Source: an uncultured Isosphaeraceae bacterium (lineage in GTDB: Bacteria > Planctomycetota > GCA-002687715). From it: a DNA stretch of 64,000 nt. The number at the start of each line of letters is the position of its first letter. Positions within the stretch are counted from its first letter, which is position 1. The notes below the pieces were generated by a model. That model made no database searches. It saw only the letters and a list, made by a program, of their open reading frames with translations, and was not told the DNA's origin. The stretch spans positions 98,578 through 162,577 of the forward strand of contig CAZDQF010000003.1 in NCBI GenBank assembly GCA_964507445.1. Direction: 5' to 3'. This document shows, one piece after another, positions 1-10,331 of the stretch. The position numbers and the translations under genes are program-made.

Positions 1-1243
1 CCTCCAGCCACGAAGCGAACATGGCGGACTGATGCGCCTTGGAGCTCGAAGCGGAGTCGGCTCCCTCGCGGTTCTTGATCGGAGAGAACTCCGACGCTCG
101 ATCCACCTCCATGAGCATGACCCGCTCCGCCAGCGGCAGGGCGTCGAACACGAAGGTCTCGAACTTGATCCCGGGGATTTCCGTCGGTGTCCCGTCCTGG
201 CCGATGCCGCGGAGGTTCTTCCGGGCGAAGTGATGCGGCAAGGCGAAGCCCCCTTCGTTGAGGCGCTCAACGAAAGCACGGGAGATCCCATGGACCGCGA
301 TGTTCCCTGCCCTGAAGCGCAGCCGTCCGTCCTCCTCCCTGGCGTGACGCAGGTCGTCCGCCAGGTCGGAGTACTCGATCACCCCGGGTTTGCCGTCAGC
401 GGAGACCAGGACCCCGACCTTCTCTCCCGGCTCCCGCTTCGGCACCGACTTCGAGGAGAACTCGCTGCCTGACTCACGGTGGTAGCCCATGAACACCGGG
501 TCACACATCTCCAGGAGAGGATTGTCCACCTGGAAGTAGTAGATCTCCTCGACCCCACGGCGCTTCATGTCAGCCAACGCTCCAGAGCTGGACAGAGCGC
601 GGAGCGAGCCGCCGTGCCCATCCGGGCTGCGGCAGAGGCCGTTCTTCGACTCCAGGATCAGACGCCCTCCCTCGTCGACCGCCGGCATGGTGCCCTGCTG
701 CAGGAACATGACGTCTTCGGGTTCGAGCCCAAACCAGCCGTTGCCGGCAAAGAAGGCCCGCGTGTCCCCGTCGTTGATGGGCGACGTCATGATGTACCAG
801 GGCACGACCCGCCCAGCCCGCCGGGAGACAGCCCGGAGCTTCTCGGCGAAGAGTTGGAACAGAGAATGCCCGGTCACGGCGCCGGCGGGATAGGTCCCCT
901 TCGGCCCATCAAACCCCAGCCTCGTCCCCTGACCTCCGGCCACGGTGAAGGCGCAGATCTTCCCCTCGCGGAGCATCTCCCAACCGACCTCGCCAGCGCG
1001 CGTGTCACCCTCCGGGTCTTCGCCCTTCGTCACCTGGGGCAGGGGCTCGACCCGGCTGGGCGACTCCGGGACCGCCTCGCGGGCCTCAACGCACAACGAG
1101 GCCAGATGCTCGAGGTCAACGGACGCCACGTCCTTGATGAGTTGGTCCTGCTCATCCTGGGAAAGCTGGTCCCAGAAGACGAGCACGTGCTCCTGACCCA
1201 AGCTGGCCAGCCGCTCCCGGAGCGCGTCGATCATGGAGTTCAT
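1..1243 (-). CDS. UDP-N-acetylglucosamine/UDP-sugar pyrophosphorylase (UDPGP type 1, UAP1-like), runs off window edge
   Basis: Absent from ORF track because truncated. Manual translation gives MNSMIDALRERLASLGQEHVLVFWDQL...KICAFTVAGGQGTRLGFDGPKGTYP, the UAP/UDPGP nucleotide-binding signature. Confidence 0.88.
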   Translation of the reverse strand, partial: MNSMIDALRERLASLGQEHVLVFWDQLSQDEQDQLIKDVASVDLEHLASLCVEAREAVPESPSRVEPLPQVTKGEDPEGDTRAGEVGWEMLREGKICAFTVAGGQGTRLGFDGPKGTYPAGAVTGHSLFQLFAEKLRAVSRRAGRVVPWYIMTSPINDGDTRAFFAGNGWFGLEPEDVMFLQQGTMPAVDEGGRLILESKNGLCRSPDGHGGSLRALSSSGALADMKRRGVEEIYYFQVDNPLLEMCDPVFMGYHRESGSEFSSKSVPKREPGEKVGVLVSADGKPGVIEYSDLADDLRHAREEDGRLRFRAGNIAVHGISRAFVERLNEGGFALPHHFARKNLRGIGQDGTPTEIPGIKFETFVFDALPLAERVMLMEVDRASEFSPIKNREGADSASSSKAHQSAMFASWLE

Positions 1244-1321
1244 CTCTGGTTGCTCTTGTGCGCCGACGAGAGGGCTCGACGGGGGTCCGCGCAACGCGTC
1301 CCTGTCCGGAGACTCAACCGG

Positions 1322-2560
1322 TCAGTCGACGCGAGCGAATGCCAGGGTCACGTTGTGACCGCCGAAGCCCAGGCTGTTTGACAGGGCGCAGCGGACCTTC
1401 GTCTCTCGCGGCTCACCCTTGACGTAGTCCAGATCACAACCCTCCCCGGGCTCCTCATGGTTCAAGGTCTGATGCACCACACCACGGCTGATGGACAGGG
1501 CGCAGACAGCGCCCTCCATGGCACCGGACGCGCCCAGCAGGTGGCCGATCATGGACTTGGTGCTGGAGACGCAGAGCCGGTCCCCCTGTCCTCCGAACAC
1601 CGCTCTGATAGCCGCGGACTCGCTCGGGTCGTTGATCGGCGTGCTGGTGCCGTGAGCGTTGACGTAGTCCACGTCGTCGATGCCCAACCCGGCGTCCTGG
1701 AGCGCCAACTTCATGGAGCGCTGAGCGCCCTCCGCACCCTCCGCCGGAGCGGTGATGTGATGAGCGTCCGCCGTCGCACCGGCCCCTGCCAGTTCGGCGT
1801 AGATCCGCGCGCCTCGAGCCTTGGCTTGTTCCATCTCCTCGACGACGAGGAACGCGCCCCCTTCTCCCATGACGAATCCGTCCCGGTCCTTGTCGAACGG
1901 GCGGCTCGCCCGCTGTGGGTCATCGTTCCGCGTCGACATGGCCCGGAGACTGCAGAAACCCGCCATGCCCAACGGGGTGATGGCCGCCTCTGAACCGCCG
2001 GTCAGCACCACGTCCGCCTCCCCGTAGCGGATCGCCTTCAACGCCGACGCCAGCGCGTGAGAGGCCGACGCACAGGCTGACGCGGTCACCCAGTTGGGAC
2101 CGCGAAGGCCAAGCAGGATGCTGAGCTCACCGGACAACGCGTTCATCATCAGCCGAGGGATGAGGAACGGCGTGACGCGCCCTGGGCCCCGTTCGTGCAG
2201 GACCGCGGACTGGGACTCGATGGTCTCCAGGCCACCGACACCGGACCCCGCGATGACACCCACCCGGTCCGCGTCCAGGCTTGCCAGGTCGAGCCCGGAG
2301 TCCGCCCACGCCGCCTTGCCCGCGGCGAGGCCCAGCTGCGCGAAGCGGTCGAGCTTGCGGGCGAGCTTACGATCGAGGACCGCCGCAGGGTCGAACTCCT
2401 TGACCTCAGCCGCGATCTGCGTGGTGTGGGCGGACGCGTCGAACAGCGAGATCGACCCGACGCCGGAACGGCCGGCGAGCATGGCATCGAAGCTGGTCTC
2501 GTAATCGAGCCCCAGAGGGCTCACGACCCCCAATCCCGTAATCGCTGCGCGTCGCTTCAT
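1322..2560 (-). CDS. fabF: 3-oxoacyl-ACP synthase II
   Basis: SACAS active Cys, NAHGTST, KSMIGHLLGA, SNSLGFGGHN; follows acpP. Confidence 0.97.
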   Translation of the reverse strand: MKRRAAITGLGVVSPLGLDYETSFDAMLAGRSGVGSISLFDASAHTTQIAAEVKEFDPAAVLDRKLARKLDRFAQLGLAAGKAAWADSGLDLASLDADRVGVIAGSGVGGLETIESQSAVLHERGPGRVTPFLIPRLMMNALSGELSILLGLRGPNWVTASACASASHALASALKAIRYGEADVVLTGGSEAAITPLGMAGFCSLRAMSTRNDDPQRASRPFDKDRDGFVMGEGGAFLVVEEMEQAKARGARIYAELAGAGATADAHHITAPAEGAEGAQRSMKLALQDAGLGIDDVDYVNAHGTSTPINDPSESAAIRAVFGGQGDRLCVSSTKSMIGHLLGASGAMEGAVCALSISRGVVHQTLNHEEPGEGCDLDYVKGEPRETKVRCALSNSLGFGGHNVTLAFARVD

Positions 2561-2606
2561 GGCATGTCGTCCCGGCGATCACCGGAACGTCCCACTCTCT
2601 GATCGA

Positions 2607-2855
2607 TCAGGCGCTGGCGGACTTGGCCTTGATGAACTCGACCGCGTCACCGACGGTCTGGATCTTCTCCGCCGCGTCGTCGGGGATCTCGATGCCAAAC
2701 CGCTCCTCGAACTCCATGACGAGCTCGACGGTATCAAGGGAATCGGCACCAAGATCGCCAGTGAAGGACGTCTGAGGGGTCACGCTCTCCGCGTTGGTGG
2801 AGAGCTGCTCACAAACGATCTCGACGACCCGATCCTGGATGGACTTCTCGGACAT
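2607..2855 (-). CDS. acpP: Acyl carrier protein
   Basis: [18 protein letters not shown] phosphopantetheine motif; start taken at MSEKSIQDR. Confidence 0.97.
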   Translation of the reverse strand: MSEKSIQDRVVEIVCEQLSTNAESVTPQTSFTGDLGADSLDTVELVMEFEERFGIEIPDDAAEKIQTVGDAVEFIKAKSASA

Positions 2856-2936
2856 GACTGTGTTCCTATTGGTCTCCACGTGCGACCCCGGCCGAGTCCG
2901 CCCAGACCCGCGCCCGCCGCACATCGGACATGGCTG

Positions 2937-2965
2937 GTGTTACCACACCGGATGGCCCCCTTCAA
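2937..2965 (-). promoter_or_regulatory. Putative sigma70-type internal promoter for acpP-fabF
   Basis: Minus strand TTGAAG-N17-TAACAC with TG upstream of the -10, in the fabG-acpP gap. Confidence 0.35.
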
Positions 2966-2991
2966 TCGGGAACCAGATCCGGGGCGTGCAT

Positions 2992-3738
2992 CTAAAGCCT
3001 CATGCCCCCGTCTATTACGATCACTTGCCCGGTCACGTAGGAGGCGAGATCCGAGGCCAGATACAAGACTCCGCTGGCGACATCCTGGGGGGTCCCCGGC
3101 CTGCCGAGGGAAATCCCCGACACCATGGCCTCACGACCCGACTCCGGCAGGTCCCCGGTCATGTCGGTCTCGATGAAGCCCGGGGCGACCGCGTTGACCG
3201 TCACCCCACGCCCGCCGAACTCCTTCGCCAGGGACCGGGTCAGGGCGACCAGCCCTCCCTTGCTCGCCGCGTAATTGGCCTGCCCCGCGTTCCCGGACAG
3301 CCCCACCACGGAGGCCATGTTGATCACCCGCGCGCCACGGTTCTTCAGCAACCCGCGGGCGAACGCCCGGGTCAGGTTGAACGCGCCCTTCAGGTTCACG
3401 TCGACGACCCGGTCCCAGTCCTCCTCACCCATCCGCAGGAAGACGCCGTCCTTGGTGACACCCGCGTTGTTGACGAGGATGTCTACCGGGCCGAGGTCCT
3501 GCACTACGGTCCCGGCGAACTCCTGGGCCGCGCCGAAGTCAGAGACATCGACCCCGTAGGGGACCGCCTTGACCCCCAGCTCGGCGCACGCCTCCGCGGT
3601 GCCCCGAGCGCTCTCCACGCTGGTGGCCACGCACGCGACACCGACCCCCTCACCGGCCAGGGCCAGGGCCACCGCGCGCCCGATCCCTCGAGACGCACCG
3701 GTGACCACCGCCACCTTGTCTCTCAACCCCATCTCCAT
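2992..3738 (-). CDS. fabG: 3-oxoacyl-ACP reductase
   Basis: TGASRGIG, NNAG, YAASK SDR motifs; fab operon context. Confidence 0.96.
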   Translation of the reverse strand: MEMGLRDKVAVVTGASRGIGRAVALALAGEGVGVACVATSVESARGTAEACAELGVKAVPYGVDVSDFGAAQEFAGTVVQDLGPVDILVNNAGVTKDGVFLRMGEEDWDRVVDVNLKGAFNLTRAFARGLLKNRGARVINMASVVGLSGNAGQANYAASKGGLVALTRSLAKEFGGRGVTVNAVAPGFIETDMTGDLPESGREAMVSGISLGRPGTPQDVASGVLYLASDLASYVTGQVIVIDGGMRL

Positions 3739-3741
3739 GTC

Positions 3742-4653
3742 TCACTCCCCTCCCGCGGCCAACGCGACCGACTCCACATCCGGAGCGATCTTGGTCAGCA
3801 TGTTGCCGAGCACCGTGCCCGGCGGTGGCTCCGCCGCGGACACAAGGCCGTCACTGACCATGCGACGCATGGAATCCTCCCAGAGAACGGGGCTGACGAC
3901 CTGCCGCGCCAACAACTGCCCCACGTCCGCGGCGGCGGTCACGGGCTCACCGGTCACGTTGCTGTACACCGGCACCCGACCGGAGCCGAGCGCGGTAGCG
4001 GTGATGGCCGCCTCAAGGGTCTGCCGAGCAGGCTCCATCAAGGGCGAATGAAAGGCCCCTGCCACCTTCAACGGGATGGCGCGACGGACCCCGTGCTCCC
4101 TGGCCAACTCTCGCGCTCGGCCGCAAGCATCCCGTGAACCAGAGATGACCACCTGGCCCGGCGAGTTCAGGTTGGCCACCACCAGGACGTCGTCCTCGCG
4201 AGCCGCGTCGCAGAGCCGCTCCGCGGTTGCCCGGTCGCTGCCCAGGAGGCTGACCATGGCCGACTCCTGGGCCTCACAGGCAGCCTGCATGGCGGTGCCT
4301 CGTTGCTGCACCAGCCTCAGGCCGTCGGCGAACGAGAAGACCCCGGCGAACCAGCAAGCGGTGTACTCGCCGAGGCTCAAACCCGCCGTCGCCTGAAACG
4401 ACGAGGGGTCCAACTCCCCGGACGCCTCAAGCGCACGCACCGCGGCGACGGACGTGACATAGATGGCGGGCTGTGCCCTGTCGGTCCTGACGAGCTCGTC
4501 ATCCGGACCTTCAAAGCACAGACGGCCCAGGTCGTAGCCGAGCACCTCGTTGGCCTCCTCGTAGACGTCGCGGGCGGCCTCGTGACGCTCGCAGAGTTCG
4601 CGGCCCATGCCCACGTGCTGCGCGCCCTGGCCGGGGAATAGAATCGCTCGCAT
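3742..4653 (-). CDS. fabD: Malonyl-CoA:ACP transacylase
   Basis: LFPGQGAQ, AQPAI, GLSLGEY (variant of GHSLGEY), AFHSPLM. Confidence 0.95.
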   Translation of the reverse strand: MRAILFPGQGAQHVGMGRELCERHEAARDVYEEANEVLGYDLGRLCFEGPDDELVRTDRAQPAIYVTSVAAVRALEASGELDPSSFQATAGLSLGEYTACWFAGVFSFADGLRLVQQRGTAMQAACEAQESAMVSLLGSDRATAERLCDAAREDDVLVVANLNSPGQVVISGSRDACGRARELAREHGVRRAIPLKVAGAFHSPLMEPARQTLEAAITATALGSGRVPVYSNVTGEPVTAAADVGQLLARQVVSPVLWEDSMRRMVSDGLVSAAEPPPGTVLGNMLTKIAPDVESVALAAGGE

Positions 4654-4707
4654 GTTCCACGCTCCGTGTGGCTGGCCGCACCCGACGAGAGGGCGCGACA
4701 TCGCCGG

Positions 4708-5706
4708 CTACCAGCGAAGAAGCGCCGAGGCCCACGTCAGGCCGGCGCCGAACGCGATCAGCGAGAGATACTTGCCCTCTTGGGGGCGCCCCTCCCGGAT
4801 CGCCTCGTCCAGCGCGATGCCAACACTGGCGCCGGACGTGTTCCCGTACTTCTCGAGGTTCATGAAGATCCGCTCCTCAGGGACCTCCAGCTTCTTCAGC
4901 GCGGACTCGATGATCCGGTAGTTCACCTGATGCGGGACCACGAGCCCGAGTTCATCGGGGCCGAAGTCGAAGTCGCGCATCTGCTTCTCCAACAGTCGGC
5001 GAAACGCGCTGACCGCGAACTTGAAGACCTCGTTGCCCTTGATGTCCAGGAAGTGGAGCTTCTCCTGGACCGCGGCCTGATCACAGGGGCGTCGGGACCC
5101 TCCTGCCATCACGCGCATGGTGTTGGCCCCCGCCCCGTCCGCTCCGATGAAGCTGGACAGGAGTTCGCCCCGTGGCGCGCCGGCCCCGATGACCGCGGCG
5201 CCGGCTCCGTCGCCGAAGAGGATGCAGCTGGCACGGTCTTCGTAGTCAAGGATGCGGCTCATGCACTCGCCGCCGATCACGAGCGCCTTGTCCACGGTGC
5301 CGTTGACGATCAGGCCGTGGGCGACCGAGAGCCCTGTGACGAATCCTGAACAGGCCGCCTCCAGGTCAAACACCCCGGCGTTGACGCAGCCCAGGGCATG
5401 CTGGACGTATGCGGAGGTCGCCGGCACGAGATGATCCGGCGTCACCGTGGCCACCACGACGACACCGATCTCCTCCGGCGTCACCCCTGCGTCTTCCAGC
5501 GCACGCCTTCCGGCTTCGATGCAGAGGTCAGAGGTGGCTTGGTCCGGGGCCGCGATCCGACGCTCGCGCATGCCGGTACGGCTATAGATCCACTCGTCCG
5601 TGGTGTCGACGATCTTCTCCAGGTCCTGGTTGCTGAGGACCCGCTCGGGTACGTAATGCCCGGTGCCGAAGATGCCCACCGGACGCTGCCCCGTGGTCGG
5701 AGTCAT
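4708..5706 (-). CDS. fabH: 3-oxoacyl-ACP synthase III
   Basis: AACSGF, FGDGAGA, PHQVN, GNTSGAS, FGAGLTW. Confidence 0.96.
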   Translation of the reverse strand: MTPTTGQRPVGIFGTGHYVPERVLSNQDLEKIVDTTDEWIYSRTGMRERRIAAPDQATSDLCIEAGRRALEDAGVTPEEIGVVVVATVTPDHLVPATSAYVQHALGCVNAGVFDLEAACSGFVTGLSVAHGLIVNGTVDKALVIGGECMSRILDYEDRASCILFGDGAGAAVIGAGAPRGELLSSFIGADGAGANTMRVMAGGSRRPCDQAAVQEKLHFLDIKGNEVFKFAVSAFRRLLEKQMRDFDFGPDELGLVVPHQVNYRIIESALKKLEVPEERIFMNLEKYGNTSGASVGIALDEAIREGRPQEGKYLSLIAFGAGLTWASALLRW

Positions 5707-6737
5707 GATGCACCTTCTGCCTCGACGAGGCGCTGCGCCATGGCATGGAGGACCCGCTTGCGGTGAATCCGCCCCGCCTGGAGAATCCCATTGGAGATCG
5801 CGCGGGCGTCCGAACGTCCATGACAGATCATGACCATACCATTGACGCCCAGGAGGGGCGCTCCACCCTGCTCACCCCAGTCCGCGTTGGACCGGAACCG
5901 CCTGAGCGCCTCCCGCACCGCGCCGTCGCTGCCTCCCGACTCGCCGTGACTTGAGAGGGATGCGTCCAGGACCCCCTGCACCTCCTTCATCCGCCGGGAC
6001 ACCACCTCGTAGAGGCCCTCCGCGGTCTTCAGGATGACGTTCCCGACGAAACCCTCGCAGACGATCACATCACACCGACCGTTGAAGACGTCGTTACCTT
6101 CCACGTTGCCGATGAAGTTCAGCTGCGTGTCGGCGAACAACCCGGCGGTCTCCTTGACCAGGCCGGTGCCCTTGCCTTCTTCCGACCCGATGTTCATGAG
6201 ACCGATGGTCGGCCGCTCATGACCGAACACGGCGCTTGAGTACAGCGACGCCATGATCCCGTAGTGGAAGAGATGAATGGGCTTGCAGTGGATGTTGGCG
6301 CCGGCGTCGCAGAGGATGCACTGCCCCTTGGCCGTGGGAAGCGGAACCGCGATTCCCGGGCGACGAACGTGGGGCAGTCGCTTGAGCACCGTCACTGCCG
6401 CGGTCACGGCGGCGGCGGTGTTACCGGCGGCGACGAGGCCGTGGACCTCGTTGCTCTTTACGAGCTCGCACGCGCGACGTATGGAGCAGTTCTCTTTGCG
6501 ATAGCCCAGGACCGCAGGGTCTCCTGAGCCCACCACGTCCGGCGCATGGACGATCTCGAGTCGCGCGTCGTCACCACCGCCGGCGTCCTCAAGCTCACGA
6601 AGCAGGTCCGGCTCGCGACCTACCAGCACGACGCTGAGGTCGGAGTCTTCTGCCAACGCCTTGAGCGCACCGCGCACGGTCTCCCGGGGCGCGCGATCGC
6701 CCCCCATGGCGTCAAGGACTATACGTGCGGCGGTCAT
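5703..6737 (-). CDS. plsX: Phosphate acyltransferase
   Basis: LDAMGGDRAP, DAGAN, NIGSEEGKG, GGAPLLGV, HGRS. Confidence 0.96.
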   Translation of the reverse strand: MTAARIVLDAMGGDRAPRETVRGALKALAEDSDLSVVLVGREPDLLRELEDAGGGDDARLEIVHAPDVVGSGDPAVLGYRKENCSIRRACELVKSNEVHGLVAAGNTAAAVTAAVTVLKRLPHVRRPGIAVPLPTAKGQCILCDAGANIHCKPIHLFHYGIMASLYSSAVFGHERPTIGLMNIGSEEGKGTGLVKETAGLFADTQLNFIGNVEGNDVFNGRCDVIVCEGFVGNVILKTAEGLYEVVSRRMKEVQGVLDASLSSHGESGGSDGAVREALRRFRSNADWGEQGGAPLLGVNGMVMICHGRSDARAISNGILQAGRIHRKRVLHAMAQRLVEAEGAS

Positions 6738-6758
6738 GCCAGGGGCAGGCAGCCGCGA

Positions 6759-6941
6759 TCAAAACTCGTCCATCTCGACGACGGCGCCACCTTTGTAGTG
6801 ACCGCAGTTGTGGCAGACCCGATGGGGCCGAATCGCCGCTCCGCAGTGACTGCAACGGGCCAGATGCAGGCGGCTCATCCCGTGATGGGAACGCCGCTGC
6901 CGCTTCTTCATCTTCGATGTCCGCTTCTTCGGGACCGCCAT
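6759..6941 (-). CDS. rpmF: 50S ribosomal protein L32
   Basis: MAVPKKRTSK...CSHCG...PHRVCHNCGHYKG; GAGGTGG RBS upstream. Confidence 0.96.
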   Translation of the reverse strand: MAVPKKRTSKMKKRQRRSHHGMSRLHLARCSHCGAAIRPHRVCHNCGHYKGGAVVEMDEF

Positions 6942-6993
6942 GATCCACCTCGCTGACCCTTGCCAAACAAGAGCTATACCTATGGGAACCAGC

Positions 6994-7021
6994 ATCTTAG
7001 GTCCAAGCTCGGGGGTCGCAA
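6994..7021 (-). promoter_or_regulatory. Putative sigma70 promoter of rpmF-fab operon
   Basis: Minus strand TTGCGA-N16-TAAGAT. Confidence 0.35.
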
Positions 7022-7138
7022 GACGGAACCTTGGACCTTCCATGGGACCTGCGCCGGCCATTGTGACAAAAAGCAGACCGGCGAAAACCTCTGGTTCCGC
7101 GGTTGCTCGAGTCCTCCCGGAACGCGCTGAAACGAGCC

Positions 7139-7165
7139 CGGGCAGCGTCAGAAGTCCGCTGCCCG
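7139..7165 (-). terminator. Hairpin downstream of recA
   Basis: CGGGCAGCG-N9-CGCTGCCCG 9-bp stem; weak U-tract. Confidence 0.45.
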
Positions 7166-7187
7166 AAACCTCATGCAACGATCAGCC

Positions 7188-8282
7188 TCAGGAAGCGGCG
7201 GCCTTCCGGGCACCACCCTTGGCCGCCGGCTGACGGCCCCCAGCCTCCTGAGCCTCGCGTTTCGCGGCCACCTTCTCCATGACCCCGGCCCGGATCCGGT
7301 CTGCCAATCCCTGGTCGCTCTTGATCGCCTCCCGGGCCCGCTCACGCCCCTGTCCGAGGCGCTCTTCGCCCATGCTGAACCAGCTGCCGGTCTTGTCGAC
7401 CACGCCTGCCTGGACCCCGAGGTCCAGCAGATCCCCGGCACAGGAGATCCCCTCGTTGTAGAGGATGTCGAACTCCACCACCCGGAATGGGGGCGCGATC
7501 TTGTTCTTCACCACCGTGACCTTGGTGCGGTTCCCCTTCACCTCGTCTCCGTCCTTGATCCTCCCGATCCGACGAATGTCCAGACGCACGGAGGAGTAGA
7601 ACTTGAGCGCCCGACCACCGGTGGTGGTCTCCGGGCTGCCGAACATGACGCCGATCTTCTCGCGGATCTGGTTGATGAAGACGAGGCAGGTGCTGGACTT
7701 GGAGACCGCCGCGGTGAGCTTCCGTAGCGCTTGCGACATGAGCCGCGCCTGCAGCCCGACATGGGAGTCACCCATCTCCCCTTCCAGCTCCGCCTTGGGA
7801 ACCAGAGCGGCGACGGAGTCGATCACCAGGACGTCGATGGCGTTGGAGCGGATCAGCATCTCCGCGATCTCCAACGCCTGCTCACCGGTGTCCGGCTGGC
7901 TCACCAACAGGTTCTTGAAGTCCACCCCGAGCTTACGCGCGTAGGAAGGGTCGAGGGCATGCTCGGCGTCGATGAACGCCGCAACGCCGCCCTCTCTCTG
8001 AGCGTTCGCAGCGAGATGGAGCGTCAGCGTCGTCTTACCAGAAGACTCCGGCCCGTAGATCTCGACGATGCGCCCCCGCGGCAACCCCTTGCCTCCCAGC
8101 GCGATATCGAGTGACAGCGCACCGGTAGGGATGCCCTTCCCCTCCTCGATGGAACTCTCTCCGAGACGCATGATCGCGCCCTTACCGAACTGCTTCTCGA
8201 TGGAGGTCAGCGCGAACTTGAGGGACTGCTCCTTCGCCGCCCGCTCCTTGTCCGCTGCGCCTGCCTTCTCTGTCTTGGCCAT
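7188..8282 (-). CDS. recA: Recombinase RecA
   Basis: [38 protein letters not shown]; start taken at MAKTEK. Confidence 0.98.
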   Translation of the reverse strand: MAKTEKAGAADKERAAKEQSLKFALTSIEKQFGKGAIMRLGESSIEEGKGIPTGALSLDIALGGKGLPRGRIVEIYGPESSGKTTLTLHLAANAQREGGVAAFIDAEHALDPSYARKLGVDFKNLLVSQPDTGEQALEIAEMLIRSNAIDVLVIDSVAALVPKAELEGEMGDSHVGLQARLMSQALRKLTAAVSKSSTCLVFINQIREKIGVMFGSPETTTGGRALKFYSSVRLDIRRIGRIKDGDEVKGNRTKVTVVKNKIAPPFRVVEFDILYNEGISCAGDLLDLGVQAGVVDKTGSWFSMGEERLGQGRERAREAIKSDQGLADRIRAGVMEKVAAKREAQEAGGRQPAAKGGARKAAAS

Positions 8283-8438
8283 CGTCGATCCTTTCCCCTC
8301 TGTCATGCGATGCCCGCACGACCCAACCACTGCGGCCTCGAGCGGCCCCACCCGGCAACGGCGCGCATGATATCGACGAGCAGGGACACTGGGAAGAACA
8401 AAACCCAAACATCGTCCCAAGCCATTGACATAAAACGA

Positions 8439-9026
8439 CTAATGCCTGGAGCCTGACAGGGTGAAGCGCTGCAGCGGCTCGTAGGCGATCCCCTGGCGGT
8501 CACGCACGCTCTCGAACAAGGTCAGGTGCGCCGCGGAGAAGTGACCGAACTCACGTCGGACCGCGGGCCCCATGCGCTCCGTCAGCGCGTCACCACGCTC
8601 CGGCCCCCGGGCCCGCCCCAGGGTGATGTGAGGCTCGAAGCTCCGCTTCTCCGCTCGCACACGCTGTCCAGCCAGGGCCTGCTTGAGGTCCTGATGAACA
8701 GACGCCAGCGCACCGTCCCGGCCCTCCGCGTCCTTGACGCCGCACCAGACCACCCGCGGCGCCCCGGTGCGCGGGTCCGGGGCTGAACCCAGACCGCACG
8801 CAACCAGTCGGAGCGGACCATGCCGACACGCCACGTCCCGCAGCACCGGGTCCAGTTCGAGGAGCTCCACGTCCTCCACTTCCCCCAGGAAGCTGAGGGT
8901 GACATGGAAGTTCTCGGGCTTCACCCAGGACACCGGGGCCCCCACCAGCCGGAGACGGTCCCCTTCCTCCGACAACCGCTGCCGCAGCTTCGCAGGAAGC
9001 TCCAGGGCGACGAAGGTGCGAGCCAT
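8439..9026 (-). CDS. thpR: RNA 2',3'-cyclic phosphodiesterase (2H family)
   Basis: MARTFVAL, two HxT motifs (FHVTLSFLG, PHITLGR); upstream of recA. Confidence 0.9.
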   Translation of the reverse strand: MARTFVALELPAKLRQRLSEEGDRLRLVGAPVSWVKPENFHVTLSFLGEVEDVELLELDPVLRDVACRHGPLRLVACGLGSAPDPRTGAPRVVWCGVKDAEGRDGALASVHQDLKQALAGQRVRAEKRSFEPHITLGRARGPERGDALTERMGPAVRREFGHFSAAHLTLFESVRDRQGIAYEPLQRFTLSGSRH

Positions 9027-9028
9027 TG

Positions 9029-10306
9029 TCAGAGGGGGTCCTCTAACAACCCCCCGGCGAGCTCCGGATCGTAGGACCCTTGCGGCGTCACGATCAGCCA
9101 GTCCGTGAGTCGGTCCAGGGGATGCCAGACCTGCTCCCCCGACTTCAGATGAGGGACGTCCACGGGCTCACTGATCAGCCGCCCGTGGACACGACCGGGT
9201 CGGAGTTCAAGCACCTCGAACCACAGGTGCTCCCGGGAGCCGCACGACGGCTGCTCGTAGGCCATCTTCACATGGAAGGACCAGTCGAGGCCTCGATGCA
9301 TGGCGAACAACTGCCCGAAGGTCCCCCACCGAGCCAGCGACAAGGTGCGCTGCCTCTCGGTCTCATCACGCGACTTGTAGAGGGTGCTCGAGCGCTGCAT
9401 GCGGACGAGGGCGTCCACGGGGGGCTCGTCGCGAGTGGCGTCCAGCAGGACCATACGATCCCCCGCATGATCGGCCATCTCACCCGTCCGGTCGTCCAGA
9501 CCTCCGGGGACGCTGGAGGGGAACGCCGGCATGGCCTCGGTCAGCGAGGCGAGCCTCAGGGTCAAGCCCTCTCCCAGCTCGATGCGGCCGTCTTCGCCCA
9601 CCTGCATCCCCGCCAACAACGCGTCGACCACCGCATGGAGCATCTCCTCTCCGTCGTCGAGGCACTCCGGGGGCAGCCCCACGAGGTCCAGGTCCGGCAC
9701 GCCGGTGCGGAGCAACCCGTGGGTGTGGAGCCATACGGCGCCCTGGGCCTGCTTCGCGTGGGTGGCGTACAGGGTCCCGGCCCTGGGCGGGACGGGGCAG
9801 GCGCACAGGTCACGGACCTCCTGGCCCGACCGCATGATGAGGGCGTTGTCATCGTAGACGCCCACGAGCCCCGGGACCGCCACCTCGGAGATGAACCGAA
9901 GCTGCTCCTGGAAGCTGGCTTGCGGGGCGTCCACATCCAGCCGGGTCTCGACACCGATCAACCAGCGGCAATTCCGGGCCGCCTCGTAGTCCACCGGAGG
10001 CAACGCGCTGCGCAGGAACTCATCCGAAAGGTCGCCTCGCGACTCCGCCCAGACCAGGTATTCGCCCCTCGCAGCGCCCCCTGCTCCGGACACCCGCCAG
10101 GTCACGCCCCAGATCAGCTCCTCGGAGGGCTCCAGCTCCTCGAGCTCCTCGACCTCGTCGTAGCAGGCGGCGAGGGCCAGACGGATCTCCTCCCTGAGGG
10201 GCATCTCGGACTCCGGCCACACCACGAACATCGTGGAGTATTCCGGGCTATGGGACTCAGGGGCAGGCCCGCGGCCGGCGGGCTCGGGACGACGTGACGG
10301 ATCCAT
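9029..10306 (-). CDS. DUF4026-like protein with C-terminal DUF2314-like region
   Basis: WLHTHGLLRTG.PDL and EHLWFEV...GRL..EP..V motifs recalled for these families; start uncertain. Confidence 0.65.
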   Translation of the reverse strand: MDPSRRPEPAGRGPAPESHSPEYSTMFVVWPESEMPLREEIRLALAACYDEVEELEELEPSEELIWGVTWRVSGAGGAARGEYLVWAESRGDLSDEFLRSALPPVDYEAARNCRWLIGVETRLDVDAPQASFQEQLRFISEVAVPGLVGVYDDNALIMRSGQEVRDLCACPVPPRAGTLYATHAKQAQGAVWLHTHGLLRTGVPDLDLVGLPPECLDDGEEMLHAVVDALLAGMQVGEDGRIELGEGLTLRLASLTEAMPAFPSSVPGGLDDRTGEMADHAGDRMVLLDATRDEPPVDALVRMQRSSTLYKSRDETERQRTLSLARWGTFGQLFAMHRGLDWSFHVKMAYEQPSCGSREHLWFEVLELRPGRVHGRLISEPVDVPHLKSGEQVWHPLDRLTDWLIVTPQGSYDPELAGGLLEDPL

Positions 10307-10331
10307 GGGCGTGAAGCGTCGAGCCTACCAA

